This document shows positions 10,339 through 22,344 of a stretch of 64,000 bases of DNA, in pieces (positions within the stretch are counted from its first letter, which is position 1; every line of letters starts with the position of its first letter). The position numbers were made by a program, and so were the translations under genes. This stretch comes from Pristiophorus japonicus. Taxonomy: Eukaryota. A model generated the notes under the pieces. It had not been told where the DNA came from. It worked only from the letters and a program-made list of their open reading frames with translations, and did not search any database. Where the stretch lies: assembly GCF_044704955.1 (NCBI RefSeq), contig NC_091984.1, forward strand, positions 148,304,001 through 148,368,000, read 5' to 3'.

Positions 10339-10905
10339 AGCTGTGGCTCAATGGGCAGCACATTCGCCTCTGAGTCTGAAAGTTGTGGGTTCAAGTCCCA
10401 CCCTAGAACCATGAAACAGATTGTGAGCTGTGTCCGCGCCAGGCCTGTGGGCCACGAACCGGGCAGCACTTCACTCGTGGGGTGAACCTTACTGCGAGGT
10501 GCGCTCTGCCATTTGTTTTTGCCAACTTACCGGTCGGGCCTTTCTGTGCCGATGTGGCGGGGTCGGTGCCGCGATGGCGCAGCCCGACACTCGCTCTCGA
10601 GCCCACCCCCAGGGGAAGTGCAGCGCGCCACAATGCGCTCCACTTCCTGTCAGGGGCCATGACCCCAATTTCGCTTCCGCGGGACTTGGGCATGGGAAAA
10701 GTTACCGCCCCACTCGGGGCGATACGCAATTTAGGCCCATTATCTGGTCATAGTCACATGTGGGAGCTTGCTGTTCACAAACTGTCTGTCGTGTTTCCTC
10801 CATCACCGCAGTGACTACACTTCAAAAGTACTTCATTGGCTGTAAAGCGTTTTGGGACGACCTGAGGTGGTGAAAGGCGCTATATAAATGCAAGTCTTTC
10901 TTTCC
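10339..10905 (+). mobile_element. DeuSINE interrupted by a GC-rich Harbinger-type MITE fragment (~10425-10738)
   Basis: SINE head at 10339-10410 and tail at 10739-10905; the insert ends in aatttaggccc, a PIF/Harbinger-like terminus. Confidence 0.6.
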
Positions 10906-12271
10906 AATTCAGCTCTACATTTTTGAAACCCAAACCCGCGGACAGTGACGGACAGGTAAAGACCCTGTGGTCCATCCAGCCCGTCCCACATAATTGCAAT
11001 ACCTTGTGTATCACAGTATAGACTCTCCACCCCACCCAAAACTACCTGATCTCCTGGGAGAGGTGGAAAACTAGGTAAAAAACCCATTGGGGGAAATAAA
11101 TCTGGGAAACTCCTCTCCGACCGCCCCCGCCCCCGCTCCCCAGGCGATGGAAACTAGTCCAGGAGGTCACTGTGGCCCTGAATTCCCTGCAGTAACTACC
11201 TTCTGTAAGTGGTGATCTCCGCACCGGCCACAAACAGGTCCTGCTCTCGCTTATGTACAGTTCATGGATTTAAAATTACAAGCTTTCCCCACAGTGTCAA
11301 GTGCTGCAAATACTGTGTTACATTATCAGGGTTATATTCTCACTGTCTGTCATTGTCACAACACTCGCTATATAAATGCAAGTTGTTGTTGTGTTCAGGG
11401 GTCGCTGTATCTGGCTCAGGCTTCTTATCCATCCCCCCTTCCCTTTCCCCTCCATTGGGGGCCGTGCCTTCAGCTGCTTGGACCCTAACTCCCTACTCCC
11501 TGGACCTCTCTGCCACTCCACCCCTCTCCTCTGTTAAGACCTCCCTTCAAACCCAATCTGTGACTGAGGGTTTTAATCACCCTCCCAGCTCCTCCCCCTT
11601 TGGCTCAGCACCACTTTGACCAGATTGCGCCTCTGTCAGCTGCTTCGGGATGTTGTTCTAATGTTCCAGTTGCTATAGCAATGCAGGTTGTTGCTGCTGT
11701 ACCTGGCGGCAGAGCGTCTCTGTGTGGATATACCCCGTGCACCGAGCTCCGCGGTGAGGCCTCCCACAGTGGAATGGCCTGCCGATGCTCACTGCAGTGC
11801 GGACTGGCTGCTGACCCTCCAATCGGTCTGAGACACCGCCTCACGAGCGGACGAGGAGATACACGCTGAGATCCACCATCAAATGACACGTGGGGAACTG
11901 GAAATTATTCTGCAAACCTGACTGGAGGTTTGGTACAAACGGGTTTTACAAACCAATCAACTGAGTGACACAGAAATTGTCCAAAAATGTGGTCTTTTCA
12001 GAACCAACATCGCCCCCTTTTGGTATGAAGGCAGCACTGCCAATTTCCCTCACAATTTGACTGAGCTGCAATTTTCAATGTCTCCTTACGTGGCTCGCTG
12101 TCAATCTTTATTCTATAACGCTCCTGTGAAGCACTCGGGGAGTTTTACTGTGTTAAAGGTGCTGTATAAAAGTTGCTGTTGTTGTTTGTTCTGAGTTAGC
12201 TGTTCCAACTGAGGTCGGGATATGACTCACAGCTCAGACTGAGCGGCATGCAGTGATGCAATGTTGTATCG

Positions 12272-13185
12272 TGGGTTCAAGCCCCACTCCCGGGACCTGA
12301 GTGTAAAATAAAGACATACACTACTGTGCAGTCCTGAGGGAATGCCGCACTGTCAGAGGGACAGTACTGAGGGAGTGCTGCACTGTCAGAGGTATAGTAC
12401 TGAGGGAGTGCCAGACTGTCAGAGGGGCAGTACTGAGGGAGTGCCAGACTGTCAGAGGGGCAGTACTGAGGGAGTGCCACACTGTCACAGGTTCAGTACT
12501 GAGGGAGTGCCGCACTGTCAGAGGGGCCGTGCTGAGGGAGTGCTGCACTGTCGTAGGTGTAGTACTAAGGGAGTGCCGCACTGTCGGAGGTGCAGTACTG
12601 AGGGAGTGCCGCACTGTCAGAGGGGCAGTACTGAGGGAGTGCCGCACTGTCAGAGGGGCCGTGCTGAAGGAGTGCTGCACTATCAGAGGGGCAGTACTGT
12701 GGGAGAGCTGCACTGTCGCAGGTGTAGTACTAAGGGAATGCCGCACTGTCGGAGGTACAGCACTGAGGGAGTGCCGCACTGTCAGAGGGGCAGTACTGAG
12801 GGAGTGCCACACTGTCACAGGTTCAGTACTGAGCGAGTGCTGCACTATCTGATTGGCAGTACTGAGGGAGAGCTGCACTGTCGTAGGGGTAGTACTAAGA
12901 GAGTGCCGCACTGTCGGAGGTGCAGTACTGAGGGAGTGCCGCACTGTCAGAGGGGCCGTGCTGAGGGAGTGCTGCACTATCAGAGGGGCAGTACTGAGGG
13001 AGTGCCACACTGTCGGAGATTCAGTACTGAGGGAGCGCTGCACTGTCAGAGGAGCAGTACTGAGGGGGTGCCGCACTATCGGAGGGTCAGTACTGAGGGG
13101 GTGCCACATTGCCGGAGCAGTAGTATTGAGGGAGTGCCGCACTATCGGAGGGGCAGTACTGAGGGAGTGCTGCACTGTTGGAGTG
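12272..13185 (+). repeat. 33-bp minisatellite (~25 copies) expanded from a DeuSINE segment
   Basis: SINE B-box region gtgggttcaagccccactcc runs into tandem cagtactgagggagtgccgcactgtcagagggg units, which match the single-copy segment in the SINEs at ~5955 and ~53145. Confidence 0.9.
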
Positions 13186-13191
13186 GGTGCC

Positions 13192-13737
13192 TGTAGGTGG
13201 TTTTCTCGGGCATACTGAAAACACACCTCCTACTACAAGTTCTGGACGATAGGAATTTTCTGGACAGGTCAGACTCGGACACACGTTTTTCAGGCTCAAC
13301 TGTATTGTGTTTAATAAGATTAACAATACCACTCATAAACAGTGCAAAACAGTACAACCCTGGCTTGTCCAATAAGCCCTGTCATGCTAAGTTACCACGG
13401 CTGAATAAAAGAACCCTCCCGTGAAATAAACTAACACAGGACCCCCCCAGCACTAAACCCCTTGGGTTTGGTTGGGACTTACAATCACCCCCTCACACAG
13501 CTAAGTGATCTTGTGGATGTGTAGGCACAGGCAATATGCTCACCCTGATTGCCCGTTGTCTTGCTTGCAGCTTCTTCCTGAATGTCTTGCTCCTGGGCTT
13601 TTTCCTGGGCTTTTTCCTGGGCTTTTTGCTGAGCTTTTTGCGGAGCTGTTTCCGGAGCTTTCTTCCTCCTGAGCTGGAGCTTGTTGCAAAGCAGCTCCTT
13701 ATATCCCCAAAACCCATCACCTTTCCTCCCGCCAATA
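13192..13737 (-). mobile_element. Partial LTR (probable R-U5 portion) of a retrovirus-like element
   Basis: Begins TGTAGGTGGTTTTC; shares tattgtgtttaa and tatatccccaaaa motifs, in the same order, with the LTR at 35594. Confidence 0.5.
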
Positions 13738-13739
13738 CT

Positions 13740-14030
13740 TTGCTTAATTGGGAGCCGATGTAGGTTAGCGAGCACAGGAGTGATGGGTGAGCGGGACTCG
13801 GTACGAGTTAGGATACGGACAGTCGAGTTTTGAATCACCTCTCGTTTACGCAGGGTAGAATGTGGAAGGCCAGCCAGGAGAGCATTGGAATAGTCGCGTC
13901 TACAGTTAATAGGCATGGATGAGGGCTTCAAAAGCGTATGAGCTGAGGCAGGGGTGGAGACGGGTGATGTTACAGAGATGGAAAGAGGCAGTCTTAGTTA
14001 TGCTGCGGATGTGTGGTCGAAAGCTCAGAC
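13740..14030 (-). mobile_element. L2 LINE fragment
   Basis: HIRSITKTASFHL.NI.RL.P.LS / DYSNALLAGLP..REVIQN. Confidence 0.85.
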
Positions 14031-15101
14031 GAATCAATGTGCCCGTCACTTTATGAGACAAGCAATCGGCGCCAATTGTAATGTGACACACAGCAACTGG
14101 ACAAGTGTAGAACAAACACCCCAACAATCTGCTCACCAGCGTGTCTGCGAGCTGCAGCTGTGACTTGTCCAGGTCCATCATCTGGTCCCATCCCCACCTT
14201 TTCACCGTGTCCTTACTGACTGTTTTATTATTGGTCGGAGCCAGTGGGTCCTTTAGTGCCCCCACACAGTCCATGCCCATCTCTGCTTCTTCATGTTTCA
14301 CACCCAGCTGAGAAATCTCTCTGGTTGGATTTGCCGTGGGGAGCAGTACCATTGAGCAGAGAAACATTAACACAGGGGTTGAGATGAATGAGCAGGGCGC
14401 AGAATAACAGCGGGAATAATTTTGTCACCGCCTCTGCCAACTCGGGCTTAGTTTTCAGACGGCAGCCAGGGATCGAAGGGTTAAATAGATCGAAGCTCTC
14501 TCCTCGTTACTCTCTCAGGCACAAATGCACAGTCTGTTGCACTTTGCTGTGATTGGTCCACCCCTGCGGTTTCTGTGTTGCCATGGTTTCCATTGTGAGG
14601 CCAGGGGACATGACCCCTCAGTGGTGATGTGTCCCACGGGGGTCATGTATCCATATAAGTCCTGCCTGCTGTGTGTGTCAGTTTAAGGTGGGTGTTGGGA
14701 ATGAAGGCCCAGACCTGAGATACAGACCATACGGACAAGGCAACATTCACATCCCTGGGCAGCCATGTTGGATTGAGCAGCTGGCTCTTCCAAATAGACA
14801 ACCCTCCGCACCACAGACTCTCAAAGTCCTTGTGGCAAAAGGTGTAGAAATGGGAGTGTCCCACAGACATTTCCAGCAGCATTGCCCCAAATTGGGAATT
14901 TCATGTGTATGGGATTGAAACTGTTTAATGACATCATGAGGAAGTCATTGTGACATCAGGAGTTGGGGCTGTGTGTCCATTATTATATATTATATATAAC
15001 TGTGGGGTGAGTCAGTACAAGAGGTGGGGCTGTGTGTCCTTTATTATATATTATTGTAATATTGTGTAATATATAGAGTAATATATCAGTGTAATATATC
15101 A

Positions 15102-15730
15102 TGGTCTACAGGGCTGTAATAATACCCGCCCTACTGTATTGCTCAGAGACATGGACCATGTACAGTAGACACCTCAAGTCACTGGAAAAATATCATCAAC
15201 GATGTCTCCGCTAGATCCTACAAATCGCCTGGGAGGACAGACGCACCAACATCAGCGTCCCCATCCAGGCTAAGATCCCCACACTCCATCAGCTCTGCTG
15301 GGCCACATAGTTTGCATGCCAGACACGAGACTCCCAAAGCAAGTGCTCTACTCGGAGCTCCTCCACGGCAAACGAGCCAAAGGTGGGCAGCGGAAACGTT
15401 ACAAGGACACCCTTAAAGCCACCCTGATAAAGTGCGACATCACCACTGACACCTGGGAGACCCTGGCCAAAGTCATCCCTAAGTGGAGGAAGTGCACCCG
15501 GGAGGGCGCTGAGCACCTCGAGTCTCATCGCCAAGAGCATGCAGAAACCAAGCGCAGGCAACGAAAGAGCATGCGGAAAATCCATCCCACCCACCCCTTC
15601 CCTTAACAACTATCTGTCCCACCTGTGACAGGGACTGTGGCTCTCGCATTGGACTGTTCAGCCACCCAAGGACTTATTTTAAGAATGGAAGCAAGTCTTC
15701 CTCGATTCCGAGGGACTGCCGACGATGAAT
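15102..15730 (+). mobile_element. RTE LINE 3' fragment, apparently inserted in the Gypsy 5' LTR
   Basis: MPDTRLPKQVLYSELLHGKRAKGGQRKRYKDTLKA; same family as 48862-50475. Confidence 0.85.
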
Positions 15731-18705
15731 ATATATAGCTCCATCTGGTGGACTCCTGTGACACTGCAGCCAGTGCTGTGTACAAGTAAAGAGGGAACAG
15801 GTCACCTACCTCGTGTCCCTTAGTGTTCTGCCATCTTCAGGCCGTGTGTGTGTTTGTGAGTTGTGCTCAAGATATAACAATGGCAACGAGAATGGGATAA
15901 TCAGAAAAAAACTGCAATTTTTGTTGGTGGATGATTCAGCCGGCCGACAGAGACTTTGAGTGCTTTTCTGTTTTGATTAACAGCTACAAATCCGAGCTAA
16001 ATTACAAACACACTTGTTTGAACTGCCAGAGTCCAGATGGCCGCGCCTATGGGAATAATAAGGCGTTTGGGGGAGTTTCAACGCGACCGTGAAAGTTTCG
16101 GAGCATATGTGGTGTGGCTAGAAATGTTTTTCACCACAAATAATATCATCGAAGTCCCCAATGCTGAAAACCATAACCGGGTGGTGTTGGAAACACAACG
16201 GGCAATTTTCTTAACTGAAGCAGTGCCCGAGGTGTATGAAACCTTGAAAAATTTGCTTGTGCCTGTCAAACCAAAGGACACAATTATTAAGCAGATTCGC
16301 ACTACAGTCCTGAGCCCCTGCAAATTGCTGAATGTTATTGTTTTGGAATACGAGATCAGTTAATGGAGGAAAATATCAGTGAGTACATTGTAGCATTAAA
16401 AGAGCTATCTATTCACTGTAATGTTGGAAACTTTCAGGACCGAGCATTGCGTGACCGCTTTGTTTGTGAGATGAAAAGTGATGCGATCAGAAGAAAGTTA
16501 TTGACAACGCCTAACTTGACTTTTGATTTAGCTTGTCAGACAGCTATGTCAATGAATATGGCCGATCAACATTCCCGAGAATGTCATACTATTTCCAGTC
16601 GTCGGATAACCGAGGTGAATCGCCTGCAGGTTAAAAGAAAAAGGCAGTTGGGCCCCAAGGTCTCAGAAACTGGCAATGGTAACAGAGCATTGAAGTCATG
16701 CTCTCAGTGCTTGGGACAACACATTGCTCAATGTTGTCCATATGTGAAGGTAAAGTGTTTCATCTGCAGGAAAACTGGGCATCTTGCGAAGGCATGCCAA
16801 CTGAAGGGTAAACCAGCTTTCAAGGCCGTAAGTAGAAATCCCAAGAGACTACATAGCATGGAAGAAAAACAACAGGACGAGGAGGTTTTAGAGCTACACA
16901 TCGTCAGGAGCACGGGGTTAACTAACAGCAATTCGAAAATTATCATAATCCACATCGATGTTGCAGGATCCAAGATACCCATGGAAATCGACACTGGTGT
17001 ATCTGTGAGTGTAGTAAAGGATTCGCTATACCTCAACAAATTGCGTGATTTCCCATTGGAGAAATTCAAGATAGAGCTGCAAGGCTACTCGGAGAGAACA
17101 TACCTGTGGTAGGTCGTATCACCGTACTGGTGAAATACAAGGATCAATTTCAGACCTTGCCTCTCTAAGTAGTGGCAGGAGACAAGCCTGCTTTACTAGG
17201 AAGAAATTGGTTGGGATCACTGAAGCTGGATTGGAGTGAGACTTTTCGTGTTGAAACGAGATTTGTATCAAACGATGACATCAAGAATTATCTGAAGGTG
17301 TTCTGTGAATAGGCAGTCCGATCCAAGGCTTCAAGGCAAGTGTCAGGGTACAGAAGGACGCTAGATTGGTTTACTGCAAGCCACGTCCCGTACCATATGC
17401 ATTCAAGGAGAAAGTTGAGCAAGAACTCAAAAGACTTGAGACTGAGAACATTATTTCTCAGATAGATCGATGTAATTGGGCTATACCCATTGTTGTTGTA
17501 CCCAAGTCTGATGGTAAGGTAAGATTGTGTGGTGATTATAAAATAACTGTAAACTAGGTTCTAGAGGGTAATCGCCCCAATACATTGCCGAATGTAGAAG
17601 ATTTGTTCACAACACTGACAGGTGGTCAGATATTCTCAAAGTTAGATCTTACAAATGCCTACTTACAGCTTGAACAAGATGAGGAGTCCAAGTCATGCTT
17701 GACAATAAATACTCATCTAGGCCTATATCAATTTAATAGGCTATCGTTTGGAGTGTCTTCTGCCCCTGCCATATACCAAGGGGTGATGAACCAGATTTTG
17801 CAAGGTATTGAAGGGGTAGTATATTATTTAGATGACATACCAATTTCAGCACCAAATGGGCAAATTCATAAAAACATATTGAATTAAGTCCTCAAACGGC
17901 TAGAGAAGCACAGAGTACGAGTGTCTGCTCGCAAGTGTGAGTTATTTCAAAACTCAGTGGAGTACTTAGGGTACAGAGTAGACAAAGATGATTTACATCC
18001 AACCAAGGGAAAGCTGGATGCAATCAGAAATGCACCCACTCCCAAGAATGTCACTGAACTTCGATCATTTTGGGGCCATTTGAACTATTATAGGAAGTTC
18101 CTACCAAATCTGGCTACAGTATTGAAAAAACAGGTCCATTGGAAGTGGTCAGAAGAATGCGATACAGCATTCAAGGAGTGTAAAAGCAAATTGGTAGAGA
18201 GCACCATGTTAGTTCACTATGACGTATCTAAGGAGATCAAGCTAGCATGTGATACCTCTCGTTATGGAGTTGGGGCAGTGATCGCTCATGTATTATATAG
18301 TGGGGAGGAGAGACCAATTGCTTTTGCTTCACGCACTCTCAGTGCCAGTGAGCATAATTATGCGCAAATCGAAAGGGAAGCTTTGGCATTAATTTTTGGG
18401 GTCAAGAAGTTCCACAAATACTTGTATGGTCATAAGTTTACCATCATTATGGACCATAAGCCCCTGACAGCAATCCTCCATCCAAAGTCACCAGTTCCAA
18501 CATTAGCTGCAGCCTGAATGCAGAGATAGGCTTTGATTTTTTCAGCACATACATATGATATTGAATACAGATGATCAGCTGATCACATTACTGCTGATGC
18601 TATGTCTAGATTGCCTTCCCTCTCACAAGTTACACCCGATAGAGAAGAAGTGTTCTATTTTTCATACATTGATGAACTGCCAGTCACAGCTGAAGAGATT
18701 GGTCG
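15731..18705 (+). mobile_element. Gypsy/Ty3 LTR retrotransposon, degenerate and 3'-truncated
   Basis: LTR ends ..TAACA at 15879; PBS TGGCAACGAGAATGGGAT (15881-15898), resembling the complement of the tRNA-Ser(GCU) 3' end; gag with CCHC (CFICRKTGHLAKAC); protease EIDTG; RT YLDD; RNase H; many stops; no integrase. Confidence 0.92.
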
Positions 18706-18720
18706 AGACTTTGTTCGCTA

Positions 18721-19465
18721 GGGCCCAAAAAATGGGCGATGTTCCAGCCTTAGCGATGTTTCAGCCTTTATGATTGCTGGACCATCGCTCCTTTTTTGGA
18801 TCGCGACTTTCAGCTCGGTGATAGCCCAGGGATGTGAAATGGACGAAGCGAGAGCCCAGGGATGTGACATCACCCAGCGATCGCGCAGCGATGGTGAAAG
18901 CAAAAGTTTCCCTAGCAACAGGCTTCTGCGCTGCCTGTTTTTTTTTGGGTGGAAATGTTTTTCCGCGTTTCGGGAGGTCAGGGGTCATCACACATGCGCA
19001 GAAGGGGGATAGAGATCAAGAGAGATAGAGAGAGAGAGATAGAGAGAGAGGTAAAGAATATGTCTGACAGTGATGAAAGTGTTCGAGATGTGGAGAGGGG
19101 GAGGAAGAGGTCCAAATCATTTTAGGATGTGGCCACGAGGTCCTCGTCGTGGAGGTCCACTCCCGGTGGGCCCAAGTGACCGGGGTAGGGCTGGTGGGAA
19201 ACCAGCTCCACGGGCATACCGTCAGATATGGAGCGAGATCGCCGCTGCCGTCTTGTCTGCATCCCACGAAGCCAGGGGATCCGACCAGTGCCGCAAGCGC
19301 TGGAACAGCCTTGTGGCTTCAGCAAAAGTAACTATGATTTTATATTGTAATGATGCTAAGTCTAAGTATAATTATAATTATAATTGTCAATCTCCTGGAT
19401 TGAATGTAAGCTTGTTATTCTAGCATATATAAGATATATGTACCCCATAATACTCCCGTGAAGAG
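18721..19465 (+). mobile_element. PIF/Harbinger transposon left end with frameshifted Myb/SANT-like exon
   Basis: GGGCCC terminus at 18721; RKRSKSF..EVLVVEV..W / YRQIWSEIAAAV....R.SDQCRKRWNSL trihelix motif. Confidence 0.7.
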
Positions 19466-19469
19466 GGCA

Positions 19470-20095
19470 GAATTAGAGGAGCGCAGCATCTCGGGGGGTT
19501 GTGGCGCTGGAGGAGATACAGAGATAGGGAGGACTGAGACCATGGAGGGATTTGAAAACAAGGAAGAGAATTGTGAAATCAAGACGTCGCTTAACCGGGA
19601 GTCAATGTCAGTCAGCGAGCACAAGGGGTGATGGGTGAGTGGGCTCGGTGCGAGTTAGGACACGGGTCAATGGGCACAGGGGTGATGGGTGAGTGGGACT
19701 TGGTGCGAATTAGGACACGGGCTGCCTAGTTTTGAATCACCTCTAGTTTACACTGGGTAGAATGTGGGAGGCCAGCCAGGAGTGCATTGGAATAGTCGAG
19801 TCTAGAGATAACAAAGGCATGGATGAGGGTTTCAGCAGAGGATGAGCTGAGGCAGGGGCAGAGACGAGCGATGTTAAGGAGGTGGAAATAGGCAGTTTTA
19901 GTTATACTGCGGATGTGTGGCCAGAAGCTCATTTCAGGGACAAATATGACACTAAGATTGTGAACAGTGTGGTTCAGCCTCAGACAGAAGTTGGGGAGAG
20001 GGGTGGACTCATGGCTAGGCAACGGAGTTTGTGGCGGGACTGAAAACAATGGCTTCAGTCTTCCCAATATTGAATTGGAGAAAATTTCTGCTCAT
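19470..20095 (-). mobile_element. L2 LINE fragment
   Basis: HIRSITKTAYFHLLNIARL..AETLIHAFVISRLDYSNALLAGLP. Confidence 0.9.
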
Positions 20096-20990
20096 CCGGA
20101 ACAACACGGTGGAGGTGCAGCTGGGAGGAGGCGAAAGTCAACAATTTATAGGCTGCGGTGAAGTTTTGTTCTAATTCGGAGAATTATTTAAAGCCGAAAA
20201 AATACGGGGAAGTGATTTTGGATGTGGCTGGTTCATTTGAAGTTAAATTTTGCCGGCTGTTGTCCCCTGTTTGAAAGCGTTTCTCAGGGTTTTTTAAATC
20301 ATGTTACGACAGACGAGAAATGACTTGTGGTCACATTTGTATCTCAGAGTTTGTGAGAGACGGAGGGAACGGCAGCAGAAAAAGAGGAACCAACATCTCC
20401 AAAACTGATCCCAACTCATCGCCGAGGCTGGGGGTAGATAAGCTCCGAGCAAGTTTCACCACTTTATTCACTTTCTTATTTGAGCTCTGATTGGATCCGT
20501 TTACTTGATTATTTTTTGGTGCATGTGTAACGACAGTATTGAGGCAGCGCAGATAAACATGGAGCATTTTCTTCTCCCAAAGCTACATGGAGACTGGAAA
20601 ACAATGTAAGATTTTTCATGAACATTTCACAAAAAGTGAGTGTTGGAAACACTTTTCCACCTAAGTTTTGAAGATGATTTCGGAAGAAACAAACAAAAAT
20701 CAATTTTCCCCTCATCAAAGCAAATCTCAACCTGATCTTAAAATTCAAATGCTTTTAAAGTGTCTCGGAATTGCTTAAACCATGTAAAATTGAAGTTTCT
20801 CAGTATTAGATTTGGAACGTGCAGGTTTATACAAACATGCATCCCGTGCTGTTGAGGAGGGGAGGGCAGTGAAGGATTTGTGGGAGTTACACCTCACTTT
20901 TTATTGACTGATTATAAAGTATCAATAAGCCATTTAGGAAGAGAGCCAAAAAAGGGTAAACACACAAACCATTTAAATTTATATAATATA

Positions 20991-21344
20991 AAAACAGAAA
21001 ATGCTGGAAATACTCAGCAGGTCAGGCAGTAACTGTGCAGAGAGAAACATAGTTCACGTTTCAGGTCTGTTGCCTTTCAACAGAACTGGGAAATGTTCGA
21101 GATGGAACAGATTTAAAACCGGTGCAGAGGCAGAGAAAGTTGGGAGGGGAGGAAGGAAAGGGAAGGTTTGTGTTATGGTGCAAGGCATGAGTGGTTAAAT
21201 CCTGCCTCTGCACCAGGTTAAAATCTGTCACATCTCTAACTTCTTCCAGTTCTGACGAAAGGTCACAGACCTAAAACGTTAACTTTATTTCTCTCTCCAC
21301 AGATGCTGCCTGACCTGCTGAGTAGTTCCAGCATTTTCTGTTTT
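20991..21344. mobile_element. Palindromic Penelope-derived element with degenerate hammerhead cores
   Basis: ~143-bp inverted arms (20991-21133 and 21201-21344); CTGACGA-aggtc/gacct-(G>A)AAAC motif at 21252-21277. Confidence 0.7.
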
Positions 21345-22344
21345 AGTTTTAGATTCCAGCATCCGCTGTATTTTGCTATTTTGTTCTAAAGTCCAAACAA
21401 GTCCCATTAAAAATATAAATATAGATTTACTCTTAAACGTTTAGTGGAATGTTAATAGAAACAATAATTGTGTGATGATGTGTAAAAATTTCAGGAAGAA
21501 ACTTTAGAAGAAACCAGTATTTGTTTATTCAGAAAGACACAGAAAATACTTTGATTAAACTGATCATGTACAATTTTGATTTGATATATATCTTTAAAAT
21601 AATAGATTAAAAATTGGGAGTACAATGAAGTTTAATTGGGAAGTTTGCTAAATAATTTAACACGTCGTGGTAAAAGCACGGATGAATATTGTGCCGAATG
21701 TTTGAGAGAAAAACATTAGAAGGAAAATTTATAAATAAACATCTTTACGTCACCATATTATAAACATTTCCAAGTCAGTCTGATTGGTTCTCCTGTCCAG
21801 GAAAAAAGATGCCTGTACATTTCTGTTCAATGATCGCTTTTCCTGCTTTTTGTTTTTAGTTCTGTGACACACTGTATGTATGTGTTTTTCTGCACTGGTG
21901 AATAAGTGCTGCATTTCTGACATGTTACCTGGGGGGTGTGCTGGTTCAAGAAGACCACGTTTAATAATGGAACTGATTGCAGTTGGAAATTCGCGTCCCG
22001 TTTTGGTTCAATTCTTTTTAATACCGTGAACTAAAGAACTATGGCTTTATATTTGTTGGTTGTCTGTTTGCATTGTGATGAATATTCTAATTACTTATGT
22101 GGACGTACAGCACGTCAGCACCATAGGAAAGGCCCTGCTCCTGCTATATGTGCAGCCGTTGCTATAGTGACATGATGGAGGGGGCTCATACATTGACCAC
22201 TTTATAATTAATACAAATTGCTCGAATAGATATGCCTCTTTCAGTTCATCTTGTGCGTTTCCATTGTTTGTCGATGCACAACCGTGTATCTCAGTGACGT
22301 TTCTGAAGTGTTAATGTATTATTATGCATTTCCATTATATCCCA

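Noticed and set aside
12321-13226. ~300-aa repeat ORFs on both strands
   Set aside because: 33-bp SINE-derived minisatellite.
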